Positions 8,744 to 19,479 are shown, counted from the stretch's first letter. The stretch: 64,000 bases of DNA from Promethearchaeota archaeon (GCA_048938105.1 JBHLMN010000013.1:121059-185058); one strand, 5' to 3'. A program made the numbers and translations. The notes: a model not told the origin generated them from the letters alone.

Positions 8744-10678
8744 ATGAAAAAAGCTTTTATGGTTACCAAGTTGGGAAAAACATCCAAAACTAAACTACAG
8801 ATCATTTTTTTTCTCTTGTTGTTGATATTAATCGGTTCTCTGATTCTACTAATTCTGGAAGTGTTTCCAACCCCCTCTGATCGTATACAATTTCCAACAC
8901 CAGATTATAAAGGTCATTTACCTTTAAGTACTGCCATACATCAATCTAAACCATCTCAAGATCTCAGGAACCATATAATTGAAAATAAAAGTATTTCTCA
9001 GTTAATGTGGGCTCTTCAAGGCGAAACACACGGCCCTCGTTTCCGAACTGTGCCTTCTGCTGGTGCAACATACCCCCTGGAAATATTCATTGTCAGTAAT
9101 GGAACATCTGCTCTTAAGAAAGGGAATTATAATTATATTCCTCAAGGGCATCAACTGAAATGTATTTCTTCATCGTACAATTGGACAACATTACTTTCAG
9201 CACTTTTTAGTGAAGACCAGGAGGCAGTATCCAATGTGAGTACTATATTCTTTATTTTGGCTGATTATAATCGTACTACTTTCAAATATAAAGAAAGAGG
9301 ATATCAATATGTACATTTGGAAGTAGGGCACGCTATTCAAAATTTCCTTTTACAACTGGTTTCTTTAAATTTGAAAACAAGAATAATAACAAATTTTGCC
9401 TCACAAAAAATCCAGGAATTTCTAGATACAACGCTAGAACCAATGGTAGTGCTACCTGTTGGCATTAATGGAGGTTCTAGCTCTCCTTTCGTTAAACTCA
9501 AACAACTTAGTTCAAGTAACACAGAAGAAATGACTGTTGAGCAAGCTATTGCTAAACGTGAATCTGTGAGAGATTATCAAAGTGGGAAAATTCCCCTCTC
9601 GGTAATTTTAGATGTGTTAGAAGATAGTATCACAATTCCTCACATTGTTGGAAATAATTCCCAGTTCGATTTCCGTTTAGTAGCTAATGCTATAGATGGA
9701 TTACCAATCGGTTCATATCAGTATTCTCTAGAAAAAAAATCTTTATATCAATTATATCAAGGAGATTTACAGTCTAACATCACGGACATGATTTCAAGAC
9801 AATCATGTGTTGTATTAGCTCAATTAGATGCTGTTATCTCGGTTGATGAAGATTGGATAAATCAACAAGTTGATTCTCGTTTTTCTCGTAGAATTATGAT
9901 GTATGATGTTGGTATGATAGCTCAAAATATCTATCTCAAATGCGCCGCTACTGGTCTAGGGACAGTTGTTATTGGTGCTTTTTCCGAAAGTGGGTCTTCT
10001 CAACTCTTAGATATTCCTAGAAAATATACTCCAATCTATGTTATACCGATTGGTCTGACACCTGATTTCTTTGAGGAACCAACTGGCTTTCAGCTTTCAT
10101 TATCAGAAATGGCAAGGTGGACAGGTCTATTGTTATATGTTCTCTTCTTTATTAGCCTATATCTATCCCTTCCTTTGTTAAAGAAACGTTTGAAAAAGAA
10201 AATACGTTGGTTACATTGCATATTTGGCATAGTCGCTTTAATAGGAGGTATTTTTCATTATATGATTATTCATGGTCATGTTTACAATCTTTGGGAATTT
10301 CTAAACGTAACTTCTTATTTCAATGCTCTGATTTACTTCGCATTTAACTTGTTTTCATTTCCAGAGACTCAATATGATGTAGGGATGCTCATGGCAAAGC
10401 TCACTGTATGTTTTGGAATCATAGCTGTTATTACTGGGATTTTGTTTGCTTTCAAGCTGGTTAACCAAAGGAAAATTGTTCGTGCAACTCACAAATATAT
10501 TATCTTCTTCACATTAATCTTTGCGATTATTCATAATATGTTAAACGGAGTGATTTTTGCCACTGAGCCTTTTATTTTCCTTTTACTCAATATAATGGCC
10601 ATTGATCTATATTTTCTGTTATTAGTCTCTCCTGATTTTATCAAAACTTCTCAGAAGAAGGATCTTTTTTATCAATAA
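8744..10678 (+). CDS. Membrane-anchored tandem SagB/ThcOx-type nitroreductase fused to a His-rich cytochrome b-like TM domain
   Basis: RTVPSAGATYPLE, EVGHAIQN, KRESVRDY, DVGMIAQNIYL and IGAF motifs; N-terminal TM; about five C-terminal TMs with His pairs. Confidence 0.8.
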   Translation: MKKAFMVTKLGKTSKTKLQIIFFLLLLILIGSLILLILEVFPTPSDRIQFPTPDYKGHLPLSTAIHQSKPSQDLRNHIIENKSISQLMWALQGETHGPRFRTVPSAGATYPLEIFIVSNGTSALKKGNYNYIPQGHQLKCISSSYNWTTLLSALFSEDQEAVSNVSTIFFILADYNRTTFKYKERGYQYVHLEVGHAIQNFLLQLVSLNLKTRIITNFASQKIQEFLDTTLEPMVVLPVGINGGSSSPFVKLKQLSSSNTEEMTVEQAIAKRESVRDYQSGKIPLSVILDVLEDSITIPHIVGNNSQFDFRLVANAIDGLPIGSYQYSLEKKSLYQLYQGDLQSNITDMISRQSCVVLAQLDAVISVDEDWINQQVDSRFSRRIMMYDVGMIAQNIYLKCAATGLGTVVIGAFSESGSSQLLDIPRKYTPIYVIPIGLTPDFFEEPTGFQLSLSEMARWTGLLLYVLFFISLYLSLPLLKKRLKKKIRWLHCIFGIVALIGGIFHYMIIHGHVYNLWEFLNVTSYFNALIYFAFNLFSFPETQYDVGMLMAKLTVCFGIIAVITGILFAFKLVNQRKIVRATHKYIIFFTLIFAIIHNMLNGVIFATEPFIFLLLNIMAIDLYFLLLVSPDFIKTSQKKDLFYQ

Positions 10679-10763
10679 TGTTAAGTGAAAAATGTGAAAC
10701 AAGAACTTAGATGTAACATCAGACACGAAAAACTTATTCAATGAATAATGGTTACTAGTCCAT

Positions 10764-11681
10764 ATGGTGCGTACTTCAAGAAAACGTATTGCGATATGTT
10801 GCCACGGATTTCTAGGCGAACCCGGAATGCTAAAAGAAATAGAGGTAACGCTTAATGAAGATCCTTTTGATCAGATATATGATCTTGTGTCTAATCTGTC
10901 TTACTATAGTTCAAAGTACGGTATTAATTTCACTCGGCCTTTTGATTTGAAAACCCCCATATACAAGAAGGACTCCAATCAATCACTTGCTCACCATCTT
11001 TTTCTTCAGATATGTTCAATTCTCAAGGATTATAATGAAGAAGAAGTAGATTTAGACATTTATGCGCATTCTATGGGTGGATTAGTAACACGAAGTATGA
11101 TAAAATATCTAACAGAGAAAAAACAAACCAGTATTTGGATAAGAAATGGAGTTATCAGAAATATTTTTTTGTTAGGAACTCCTAATCACGGTACTAGATT
11201 AGCACAACGCGCAATAAATATTCCTGTTGATATTTTGATGACAGGATTGAATATTCTGCTTGAACTTCCTGATGAGGTTACCTCTGAAGATTTGAAAATA
11301 CTTAATTCTCAGTTCATCCAAATGATACCAAATTCATCTTTCCTTAAACAACTCAATGAACCTTCAAAAATTCTAGAAGAATCGATCAATTGGTTTACAG
11401 TAAGAGGTTTGAAATGGATTGGGCAACTTGGATGGTTACCAATGGTGTGGCAACCATTTCTCTTTAGAAAGTTTTGGATTGATCGTCATTTCCCATTCTT
11501 GCATGTTGGTATAATTCCAAACGATGGATTAGTGGATGCTAGCCGCGTGCCCCTGAAATACGCAACTAATCTAACTATTCCAAGTGCTACTCATATGAGT
11601 CTTCTTTATTGGAAGAGTAAAAAGTCAGGAATAGAAGTCTTAAACAAACTTAAACCAATAATTCTTGGTAGGAGAATTTAA
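10764..11681 (+). CDS. Alpha/beta hydrolase (lipase/PGAP1-like)
   Basis: HGF oxyanion loop, AHSMGG nucleophile elbow, LGTPNHG, NDGLV and a late His. Confidence 0.85.
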   Translation: MVRTSRKRIAICCHGFLGEPGMLKEIEVTLNEDPFDQIYDLVSNLSYYSSKYGINFTRPFDLKTPIYKKDSNQSLAHHLFLQICSILKDYNEEEVDLDIYAHSMGGLVTRSMIKYLTEKKQTSIWIRNGVIRNIFLLGTPNHGTRLAQRAINIPVDILMTGLNILLELPDEVTSEDLKILNSQFIQMIPNSSFLKQLNEPSKILEESINWFTVRGLKWIGQLGWLPMVWQPFLFRKFWIDRHFPFLHVGIIPNDGLVDASRVPLKYATNLTIPSATHMSLLYWKSKKSGIEVLNKLKPIILGRRI

Positions 11682-11845
11682 TCATATCTGTTTTCTTAAC
11701 TAACAGTAATATAGAATTTAACTAGATGAACAACTTTTATTTTTAATAAGAGAACCTCAAAAATATACCTGAATATACTTTAAAGAAAGCTCCAACAGCA
11801 TTATTTTTTCCAAAATATACAAAAGAAAACTGGGCAGAATCAAAT

Positions 11846-12919
11846 ATGAAAATAAATATTGAACCTTTTCCTGAAACAGAGCTAAAGCAAAAATACTCCT
11901 CAGAAGATAACTTAGGTTTTGGAAAAATATTTACTGATAGAATGTTAGTCATGGAATATAAGAATGGTGTTTGGCAAGATCCTACGATAAAAAAATATTC
12001 ACCAATTACACTTGATCCCTCAGCTATCGTTTTACACTATGCTCAGGAAATTTTTGAAGGCCAAAAAGCTTTTAGTACTCCAGATGGACATATTAACTTA
12101 TTTCGTCCAGATCGTAATGCTGCTCGCTTTAATTCTTCCGCTAGACGGATGATGATGCCAGAAGTAGATCTAGAAGTCTACTTAACAGGATTAAAAGAGT
12201 TAATAAGACTCGAGAAAGATTGGACTCCAAAATCTCCAGGTACATCATTATACATTAGGCCAACAATGATTGGAACAGAACTTGGGTTAGGTGTACGGCC
12301 CTCTACTGATTATCTTTTCTATATTATTCTCTCACCCTCAGGATCATATTTTTCTGAAGGGTTCCAATGTGTCAAGATTTTTGTTAGTGAATTCTATATT
12401 CGTGCTGCTCCTGGTGGTACTGGTAGTGCGAAAACAGGAGGTAATTATGCAGCTAGCTTACTAGTGGGGAATGAAGCTGAAAACTATGGTTGTAGTCAAG
12501 TACTATGGCTTGATGCCATTCATAAGAAGTATGTTGAAGAAGTTGGTGCTAGTAACATCTTTTTTGTTTATGATGATGTCATTTACACGGCACCTTTAAC
12601 CTCTGGAACGGTACTACCAGGAGTAACTAGAGATAGTACAATTCAATTGGCGAAAGATGGAGGTATGACATTAAAAGAAGAAGCGATTTCAATAGATGAG
12701 GTTATTGAAGGGATATACAATGGAAAAACATCTGAAGTATTTATGAGTGGAACTGCTGCCTCAATTGCACCTGTTGGAAGTCTTTATTATCAAAACAAAG
12801 AACATATTATAAACAACTTTGAGATCGGTGATATTTCAAAAAAGCTTTATAAGCAATTGACTGATATTCAATATGGGAAGGTTGAGGATCCTTATGGATG
12901 GATTGTCAGAGTAGTATGA
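11846..12919 (+). CDS. ilvE: Branched-chain amino acid aminotransferase
   Basis: LHYAQEIFEG, LYIRP, KTGGNYAAS, EEVGASN and LPGVTR motifs. Confidence 0.96.
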   Translation: MKINIEPFPETELKQKYSSEDNLGFGKIFTDRMLVMEYKNGVWQDPTIKKYSPITLDPSAIVLHYAQEIFEGQKAFSTPDGHINLFRPDRNAARFNSSARRMMMPEVDLEVYLTGLKELIRLEKDWTPKSPGTSLYIRPTMIGTELGLGVRPSTDYLFYIILSPSGSYFSEGFQCVKIFVSEFYIRAAPGGTGSAKTGGNYAASLLVGNEAENYGCSQVLWLDAIHKKYVEEVGASNIFFVYDDVIYTAPLTSGTVLPGVTRDSTIQLAKDGGMTLKEEAISIDEVIEGIYNGKTSEVFMSGTAASIAPVGSLYYQNKEHIINNFEIGDISKKLYKQLTDIQYGKVEDPYGWIVRVV

Positions 12920-13028
12920 TGTCATTTCGATCAACTATCTACTCTAAAGAAGCTTCTTAGAAGAGAAATTTTCAAATATATAACCTAATATCCTTTATAT
13001 CTCCATTATCTTTAAATAGGCGATCAGT

Positions 13029-13682
13029 ATGACCAAAACATTTATAGAATCCAATCCTGATGAATTACACATAATTCGTAGAGGAAATAAGCTCCAGAGT
13101 GTCTTTTTTGTGATAATGGGTTTTTTCTTTCAATTATTATTTGTTTGGGCTTATTGGAGTTTATTGGATGCAACAGGGCCTTGGGCGTTTTTTTGGCTTG
13201 GTTTAATAAATAGTGATTATTTTCCTTTCATTTCACTGTTATTCTTGTTTGGTGGAGGGTGTTTTTTGATTGCAATAAAGGAAGGGGGTTGGATTGAGAG
13301 TTGGATTATTAGAAGGGAGTTACCTACAAAAAAACCAGGGATACAAAAGCAATGGCAGCTCTTCAAATGGTCTGGGGTGAAAACAGTACCAAAAGATCAA
13401 ATTCGATCAGTTAGGGTTCACACAATTCCACTAGACACTTTGAAACTCTTCAATCGTTATCAGCTTGAAGTAGATTGTCAAATTACTCCTAATTCCCCTA
13501 TAGAAACTCATGTCCTTTATTCAGATGATAGTGAATTAGCAGGTGGCACAATCATACGATTGGCTAATCAAATTCAGGAAATTTTAAATCTAACTGAAGG
13601 TGTCGAGAGAACAGAGGCCCCATATCCAACTTTAGTAAGATCTAACAATTTCAAAGAAAAAAAAGATGTAAGACAAGATTGA
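13029..13682 (+). CDS. Hypothetical protein with 2 TM helices and a soluble C-terminal domain (possibly PH-like)
   Basis: Two N-terminal hydrophobic helices, then a beta-rich segment (VPKDQIRSVRV) and a C-terminal helix. Confidence 0.6.
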   Translation: MTKTFIESNPDELHIIRRGNKLQSVFFVIMGFFFQLLFVWAYWSLLDATGPWAFFWLGLINSDYFPFISLLFLFGGGCFLIAIKEGGWIESWIIRRELPTKKPGIQKQWQLFKWSGVKTVPKDQIRSVRVHTIPLDTLKLFNRYQLEVDCQITPNSPIETHVLYSDDSELAGGTIIRLANQIQEILNLTEGVERTEAPYPTLVRSNNFKEKKDVRQD

Positions 13683-13696
13683 AATTCAATCTTGTG

Positions 13697-15139
13697 TTAA
13701 AAATATTGAGTAGGATCTCGCATACCTCGTTTTCTTCGGTCTCGTGCAGCCAAAGTTTTGAATTCCGTACGAAGTTCTTTGGGGAGACGACTTGGCTTTT
13801 TGTAACCTTCAATAGTATCTTTTGCATAAGAATAAAGGAAAGAACGGAAAGCTACTTTCATAGGCATAGTGACAACATTATAGGGTAAACTTCCTAAAAA
13901 GAGGAATATGAAAGCAAATAGAATCCCAAATCCGATATCTCGGCTAACTGCAAATCCGAGGCCAAATCCAGCCAAAATCCATATTAAAGAATTAATTATG
14001 GCAAAGATGAACGTTGTAAGTCCAAATCCAGACTCTCCAACTAATACATCTAATAACGAATTCCAAGTTGTTTTTGCTGAATCCTTAATAGATTCTGTTA
14101 ATCCTCGTTTATTCTGGACTATTGATATTAGCGTAAAATAATTCATAAACATCCAGATCGCGCCAAGGAGTGAAATAAATAGACCTGCGATGACACCACC
14201 AATAATTCCAGCGATAATTGCACCACCGCCATATTGTCTGTCAGTAGCTCTTGATTGACTTCTTCCTGCTGATGTAACTATTTGCATAATCATCTTAACA
14301 GTTGCCATTGCAAAAGCAAATTTGATGATTATAGGAAACACTTGACGCACATCTTTCATTGCAGAGCTCAAGTCTGGATCCAAACCTCGATACCAATCAC
14401 TGGCATAGGAAATTACACCAGCAGATAAACTGTAATATACACCCAAATATACAATTAAGTAGATATATTCAAATAAAATGGCAAAAATATAACCTGGGAG
14501 AGCAAGTTCGGTTTCACCTGTTGAGTTCGTAACTGTAAAAAGATTAAGGATTTCTAAAAAACCAAATAGCATGAAAAATCCTGTAATAATGGTATAAATA
14601 CCTAGAAGGATAGGCATAGCTATTACTGCTTTTTCATCAAGTACAAGTTTGGCTGAAAATTCAACAAATTGGCCAGAACGTTTAATTAAAGTAAATTTCC
14701 AAATAACAAAAATAAAGAATAAAGCTCCAAGTCCTGCAATAATTAACGCAATTAAGGCTGCTTCAGGATCGTAAATAAAAATCAAAGCTCCAATTCCAAT
14801 CATTAATAGAGGAAAAAGAATACAAACTGCGATAGTGACTTCTTGAGCAAGTTTACTCATAATCCAGACAATTACATATGCCAATATGACTGTAATAAAT
14901 AGAAAGATTGCTGCAAAAGCAATTAAAAGTGGCAAAAACGGCAGTGTAACGGGGAGTAATGTGTAAATGACCTCTGAAATGGATTCTAGCGTCTCAGTAT
15001 TTTCAGGAGCAAATATATAGTGCACAAAAGAGTATGCACCAAAAACATAGAGAATTACTACTATTAGCATATATAACCATGTTGGTATGCTAGAAAAATC
15101 AGTTTTTATGTCAGGTTTTCTATATTCAGATAGACTCAC
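13697..15139 (-). CDS. Multi-pass membrane protein, choline transporter-like (CTL/SLC44/Pns1-like)
   Basis: About 10 TMs; GVISYASDWY and FMNYFTLISIVQNKRGLTESIKDS segments resemble conserved CTL-family blocks. Confidence 0.65.
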   Translation of the reverse strand: MSLSEYRKPDIKTDFSSIPTWLYMLIVVILYVFGAYSFVHYIFAPENTETLESISEVIYTLLPVTLPFLPLLIAFAAIFLFITVILAYVIVWIMSKLAQEVTIAVCILFPLLMIGIGALIFIYDPEAALIALIIAGLGALFFIFVIWKFTLIKRSGQFVEFSAKLVLDEKAVIAMPILLGIYTIITGFFMLFGFLEILNLFTVTNSTGETELALPGYIFAILFEYIYLIVYLGVYYSLSAGVISYASDWYRGLDPDLSSAMKDVRQVFPIIIKFAFAMATVKMIMQIVTSAGRSQSRATDRQYGGGAIIAGIIGGVIAGLFISLLGAIWMFMNYFTLISIVQNKRGLTESIKDSAKTTWNSLLDVLVGESGFGLTTFIFAIINSLIWILAGFGLGFAVSRDIGFGILFAFIFLFLGSLPYNVVTMPMKVAFRSFLYSYAKDTIEGYKKPSRLPKELRTEFKTLAARDRRKRGMRDPTQYF

Positions 15140-15301
15140 ATCAATTCACCATAGATAGATTCATTTGTCAGAATTTGTCATTTTACGATAAAAGGGGTTT
15201 ATTAATTGAGTGTTGTCAAACTATTAATGTATTTTTATGTATTAAAAAAGATTATCCCTTGTTGATAATTAAGAAGAATAGTTATCGAAATAGAAGACCT
15301 T

Positions 15302-16186
15302 CTATTTAGCAGCTTCAAACTTGATTATGGAGGACACTGATACATCTAGGAATTTTTTTCCAAACGCTGAAGATAAAGCACACTTTCCACGTAAACCAGT
15401 GCAATGGCAAGGAGCCATGATTCTTATCGGATATTTCTTTAATTCTTGAACTGTAAATGAAAGACGGTCATATGAAGCATCATGGAGATGCAAGCCGCCT
15501 AAAACTCCAACTATTTTGTTAGAATCAATTAATTCCCTAGTTTTAGTAATTGTATTAACAATCCCAGCATGACAACAACCTGCAAGAATTACAATAGAAT
15601 CATCAGCTAAATGAAAAACTAAAGAAAGGTCGTCCTCTAACTTATCTGGAATGTTTTTCCCATCTTTCACTGTTGTGGCATCTATGAGTCTTCCTGTTAA
15701 TACTTCATAGTCATTTCTACGAGGAACCTCACCTGTTGTCATAACTGATTCAGTAAATTTGTGAGGTGTTGTCGTTGTTATTAGATCAGCTTGTTTTTTG
15801 AGATCCTCTATCGATTCAAAGAATCCTTGAATTCCTATGTCATAAATTTTACCTTTATCAATAAAAATCTTAGGTGAAAGTGCCTGAGGATGACAAATGA
15901 CAGGAATTCGTTTCGTTAGACCAATAGCTTCTTTCAATCCCCCTACATGATCCCAATGGCCATGACTTAGAACTATTGCATCAATAGTAGTAAGATCAAC
16001 TTCAAGTTTCTTAATATTATGAAGAAAAGCAACAGATGAGGGGCCAGTATCAAATAAGAGATTTAATTGAGAGGAATCACTAAAGTATGCTTTTGCAAGA
16101 GCTGAGAATCCCGACTCACCAAGAGTTCCTCCTGGTCCTGCCACATTTTCAACAAGTATTTGAATATCTAATTTTTGAATTTTCAA
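15302..16186 (-). CDS. MBL-fold metallo-hydrolase (MJ0301/dihydropteroate synthase-like subfamily)
   Basis: LFDTG, SHGHWDHVGG, GCCHAG, GGLHL and PCHCTG motifs. Confidence 0.88.
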   Translation of the reverse strand: MKIQKLDIQILVENVAGPGGTLGESGFSALAKAYFSDSSQLNLLFDTGPSSVAFLHNIKKLEVDLTTIDAIVLSHGHWDHVGGLKEAIGLTKRIPVICHPQALSPKIFIDKGKIYDIGIQGFFESIEDLKKQADLITTTTPHKFTESVMTTGEVPRRNDYEVLTGRLIDATTVKDGKNIPDKLEDDLSLVFHLADDSIVILAGCCHAGIVNTITKTRELIDSNKIVGVLGGLHLHDASYDRLSFTVQELKKYPIRIMAPCHCTGLRGKCALSSAFGKKFLDVSVSSIIKFEAAK

Positions 16187-16195
16187 TTTATCACT

Positions 16196-16897
16196 TCATT
16201 CGATCATTCGCAATATTGATGGATAATTCTTAAGAGCACCAAGACTTTGGATAAAAAAACAAGTGATGAGGTAATAGATAACTATCTTTTGCATCACCAC
16301 TCGAATGAATAATGAGACTGAAATATAGGTTTCAGGAAAGAATGTTGTAACCAAAGATACCGCTCCATATATGACAATAATAATACTAAAAACTAAGAAT
16401 ATCAGATGATAAATCCTTGGTATAAATTCTCTTTCTTTAAATAAGGAATACATTAAGCTTGATACGATAAATGAGACAACAAAAGCTAGAAAAACTATCA
16501 AGTCATGCAATAAAGGGAAAAGGTTTGTAGGAGTCAGTGCAACGCAGCTGAACAAAGTGGCATTTAAAGTTCCTAGAACGGAGAGGGGCCTCAATTTTTT
16601 TGGATTTTCAGTGTTAATAACACCAGGAATTGCTATAAAATATGCAGCGAACGAAATACTAGCCAACATAAGAGTAATAAAGAAAATAATGGCTGAAATT
16701 ATATTTGGATTGCCAAATGATTGGGTTCTTCCGAGATCACTGAAAAAGTTAAGATAGAAAGTGTATCCTGAACTATTCGGATTAATACGTGTTCCTCCTC
16801 CATAGATGAACATGGCTAGAGAGGAAAAAAGAATAAATTGGAAACAGCCAAAGATTGTAAATAGAAAAGCCAGATTTCTCCAATTTAATTCACTCAA
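16196..16897 (-). CDS. Membrane protein, DUF998-like
   Basis: YGGG...Y.F..NFFSDLG motif, about 6 TMs, conserved His. Confidence 0.65.
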   Translation of the reverse strand: MSELNWRNLAFLFTIFGCFQFILFSSLAMFIYGGGTRINPNSSGYTFYLNFFSDLGRTQSFGNPNIISAIIFFITLMLASISFAAYFIAIPGVINTENPKKLRPLSVLGTLNATLFSCVALTPTNLFPLLHDLIVFLAFVVSFIVSSLMYSLFKEREFIPRIYHLIFLVFSIIIVIYGAVSLVTTFFPETYISVSLFIRVVMQKIVIYYLITCFFIQSLGALKNYPSILRMIE

Positions 16898-18878
16898 TTA
16901 CATTCACCTTAACTGTCATCTGAGAAGATCCACGATTAGCCCAACAATAATAGGGAATTGTAACAACATCTGATCCTTCATTCGTTTGGCCTTTTATTGT
17001 ACATATTCCATTAAATAGTTCTGATGGTTCAACATATAAAGAATTGTTCATTATTTTGGCTCGAAAGATGTCAAAATTAGGATTATCAATCTCTTCCAAA
17101 CAATAAACGAGTGGGCCTCGTGTAATAGTAGAATTTCCCAAACATGTTTTGACATTGGGATGAGAATTGAGAATTCGTATTTTCATAGGGAAGTAAACTT
17201 CGATTTCATCCCTTGATTTCCATTTTCGTTTCAAGAAAATATAATTTGATCTGAATGGAGAATAACCTGACGCAGTTTCAGAATGAATGGTCTCCTTATT
17301 AACAGATTTTTGTTCTTGATCATTTATTTTCACAGAATATTCATCAACCCAGCTTGGAATTCTTAATGCCAAGGTGAAAAATAGTGGGGAATCAATTTCT
17401 AACAAGATTTTGATAGTTCCTTCCCAAGGTAAGTTCGATCTCATTTTAATATTAATTGGTGGGCTATTTGAATTAAGAGAAATCTTTCCGCTGCTGCTAA
17501 TAAACTGATTTACCCAAATTGTGTCACTAGTATAAGTATAAAGATATTGGCTAATAATAGCCAATGTTCGTGTTAAATTTGAAGGACAACAAGGTATTTC
17601 AAACCATTCTTTACGAGTTAGATCTCCCCTTGAAGCCAGAGGATTCTTGTAGAGATATGATTTTCCATCCTGAGACAAACCTACTAGGGCAGCATTGTAA
17701 AGTTGCCATTCTAAAAGGTCCGCAAACTTAGCTTCTTGAGTAAGAAGTGTCATCTGCCAATTCCAAAATATGGATCCAAGACTCGCACATGTTTCGCAAT
17801 ATGCATGTTCAGGATCAAGTTCGTAATCATGTCCAAAACCTTCAATTCTTGGTAGTGAACCAATACCACCAGTCACGAACATCCTGAACCTAACCATATG
17901 ATCCCAAATAGTTTGGAGTGTTGGTATAAATTTACCGTCTGTTTCATATGAATACATTGCTGCAGCAGTCATCAAATATGAAAAACGTACTGCATGTCCT
18001 TCAGGAGTTTTTTGTTCTTCTAAGGGGAGATGATTCTGAAAATACCTGCCAGAAGCATAATTGTATAAAACACGACGTTTAACTCCCGATGGAAAAGCAG
18101 TATAAACATTTTCGGGTAATTGAAAGTCTTGATCTTCAGGATGATCCATCAAATAGTTCTGCTTTAATTTCTCAACCCTTTTTTTTCTTCGATTGTGACT
18201 GATATCTTGTTTTAATAATAATAACCACTTGAATCTAGATTTTCCTCTTCTTTGGATAAATTCATTGGCAAGTTCCAAGTATTGTTTGTCTTTTGTAATC
18301 CGATAAAGCTTTATCAATGATATTTCAATTTCTTGATGCCCAGGAATAGCATTATTACTAGTATTTAATTTTAAAAATTGGTGAACCAAAAGATCTGCGG
18401 GTTTTTTTGTCATTTCAAGAATCTTGGGATCCTGACTAAATTCATAATAAGATATTAGAGCTTCAATAAGATGACCTAGACAATATAATTCGTGTTCGAT
18501 CCATAAATTTGTCCATCTTGTATTAGGAAAGTGGATTTGATTGAATGTGTAAATGTATCCATCACTCTCTTGAGATTTTTGAATCAATCCAATGAAATCA
18601 TCTAATATTGATTTTAATTTATCGGATGGGGACGTGATATAGATACGACTCGCCGCATCAAGCCATTTAAAAGCGTCAGAATCCGAAAAGAACCATCCTT
18701 CACGAAATCCGTCTTTTTCACCAGCTAGAATTCGAAAATTGTCAATACACCTTGTTTTTTCTAGTTGATTCCACTGATGAAAAATCGCTTTTTCCTTATT
18801 TATCTTTAAGTGAGGGGTCCAGAATGGATCATCAATCTGTACTTGGTTTAATCCTAATTGGTTGCTGAAACGATTCAT
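16890..18878 (-). CDS. Glycoside hydrolase family 127 (beta-L-arabinofuranosidase-like)
   Basis: FSDSDAFKWL, HELYCLGH, EGHAVR, CETCAS, CCPSN and RGPLVYC motifs. Confidence 0.93.
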   Translation of the reverse strand: MNRFSNQLGLNQVQIDDPFWTPHLKINKEKAIFHQWNQLEKTRCIDNFRILAGEKDGFREGWFFSDSDAFKWLDAASRIYITSPSDKLKSILDDFIGLIQKSQESDGYIYTFNQIHFPNTRWTNLWIEHELYCLGHLIEALISYYEFSQDPKILEMTKKPADLLVHQFLKLNTSNNAIPGHQEIEISLIKLYRITKDKQYLELANEFIQRRGKSRFKWLLLLKQDISHNRRKKRVEKLKQNYLMDHPEDQDFQLPENVYTAFPSGVKRRVLYNYASGRYFQNHLPLEEQKTPEGHAVRFSYLMTAAAMYSYETDGKFIPTLQTIWDHMVRFRMFVTGGIGSLPRIEGFGHDYELDPEHAYCETCASLGSIFWNWQMTLLTQEAKFADLLEWQLYNAALVGLSQDGKSYLYKNPLASRGDLTRKEWFEIPCCPSNLTRTLAIISQYLYTYTSDTIWVNQFISSSGKISLNSNSPPINIKMRSNLPWEGTIKILLEIDSPLFFTLALRIPSWVDEYSVKINDQEQKSVNKETIHSETASGYSPFRSNYIFLKRKWKSRDEIEVYFPMKIRILNSHPNVKTCLGNSTITRGPLVYCLEEIDNPNFDIFRAKIMNNSLYVEPSELFNGICTIKGQTNEGSDVVTIPYYCWANRGSSQMTVKVNVIE

Positions 18879-18933
18879 GATTAGTCAGCTGGAAACGGAA
18901 AAATTTGTCAATCTACTTAATTGTATTGAAAAA

Positions 18934-19479
18934 TTACTCAAGTAGTTTAGACATTTCTAAACGGATATCATGTTTCCGACAATCTTGATTGCTGTATCCA
19001 ATTAGGTCAAAACCAGTTAATGAAAAACCACATTTTAAATAAAATTGAATAGCATTGTAATTAGAACTTTGACATTCGAGAACCAGAGCTCTGGATTGCC
19101 ATTCCTTGGCTTTTATTTCTGCGAATGCCATCAATTTTGTACCAAATCCTTGATGATGAAATTGTTTATCAATAGCAATATCCCAGATACGGGTAACATT
19201 ATTCCATTCTTGCTTTCCAACAACCAAATGCCCAATTTCTCTTTCTTCATCATTTACTATAATATAATATTTAGCGTTTTCTTTGTGGTCTTCAAAGAGA
19301 TTTTCATTGATACATTTTGTGAATGTTGTAGGAAATGCCTTTAACGACCAGTCAAAAATCCATCCTTTGTTAGTATCTTTCTTAATAACTTGAACATCAT
19401 AATAATAATCGGATTGGAAAGTAAAAGTCACTTCTTTATTTTCAGGAAAGTCTTTGGCAAAAATTTGGATGATTTTCAT
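18934..19479 (-). CDS. GNAT N-acetyltransferase (streptothricin acetyltransferase-like)
   Basis: WNN, HQGFGTKL, LECQSSNYNAIQFY and GFSLTGFD motifs. Confidence 0.85.
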   Translation of the reverse strand: MKIIQIFAKDFPENKEVTFTFQSDYYYDVQVIKKDTNKGWIFDWSLKAFPTTFTKCINENLFEDHKENAKYYIIVNDEEREIGHLVVGKQEWNNVTRIWDIAIDKQFHHQGFGTKLMAFAEIKAKEWQSRALVLECQSSNYNAIQFYLKCGFSLTGFDLIGYSNQDCRKHDIRLEMSKLLE

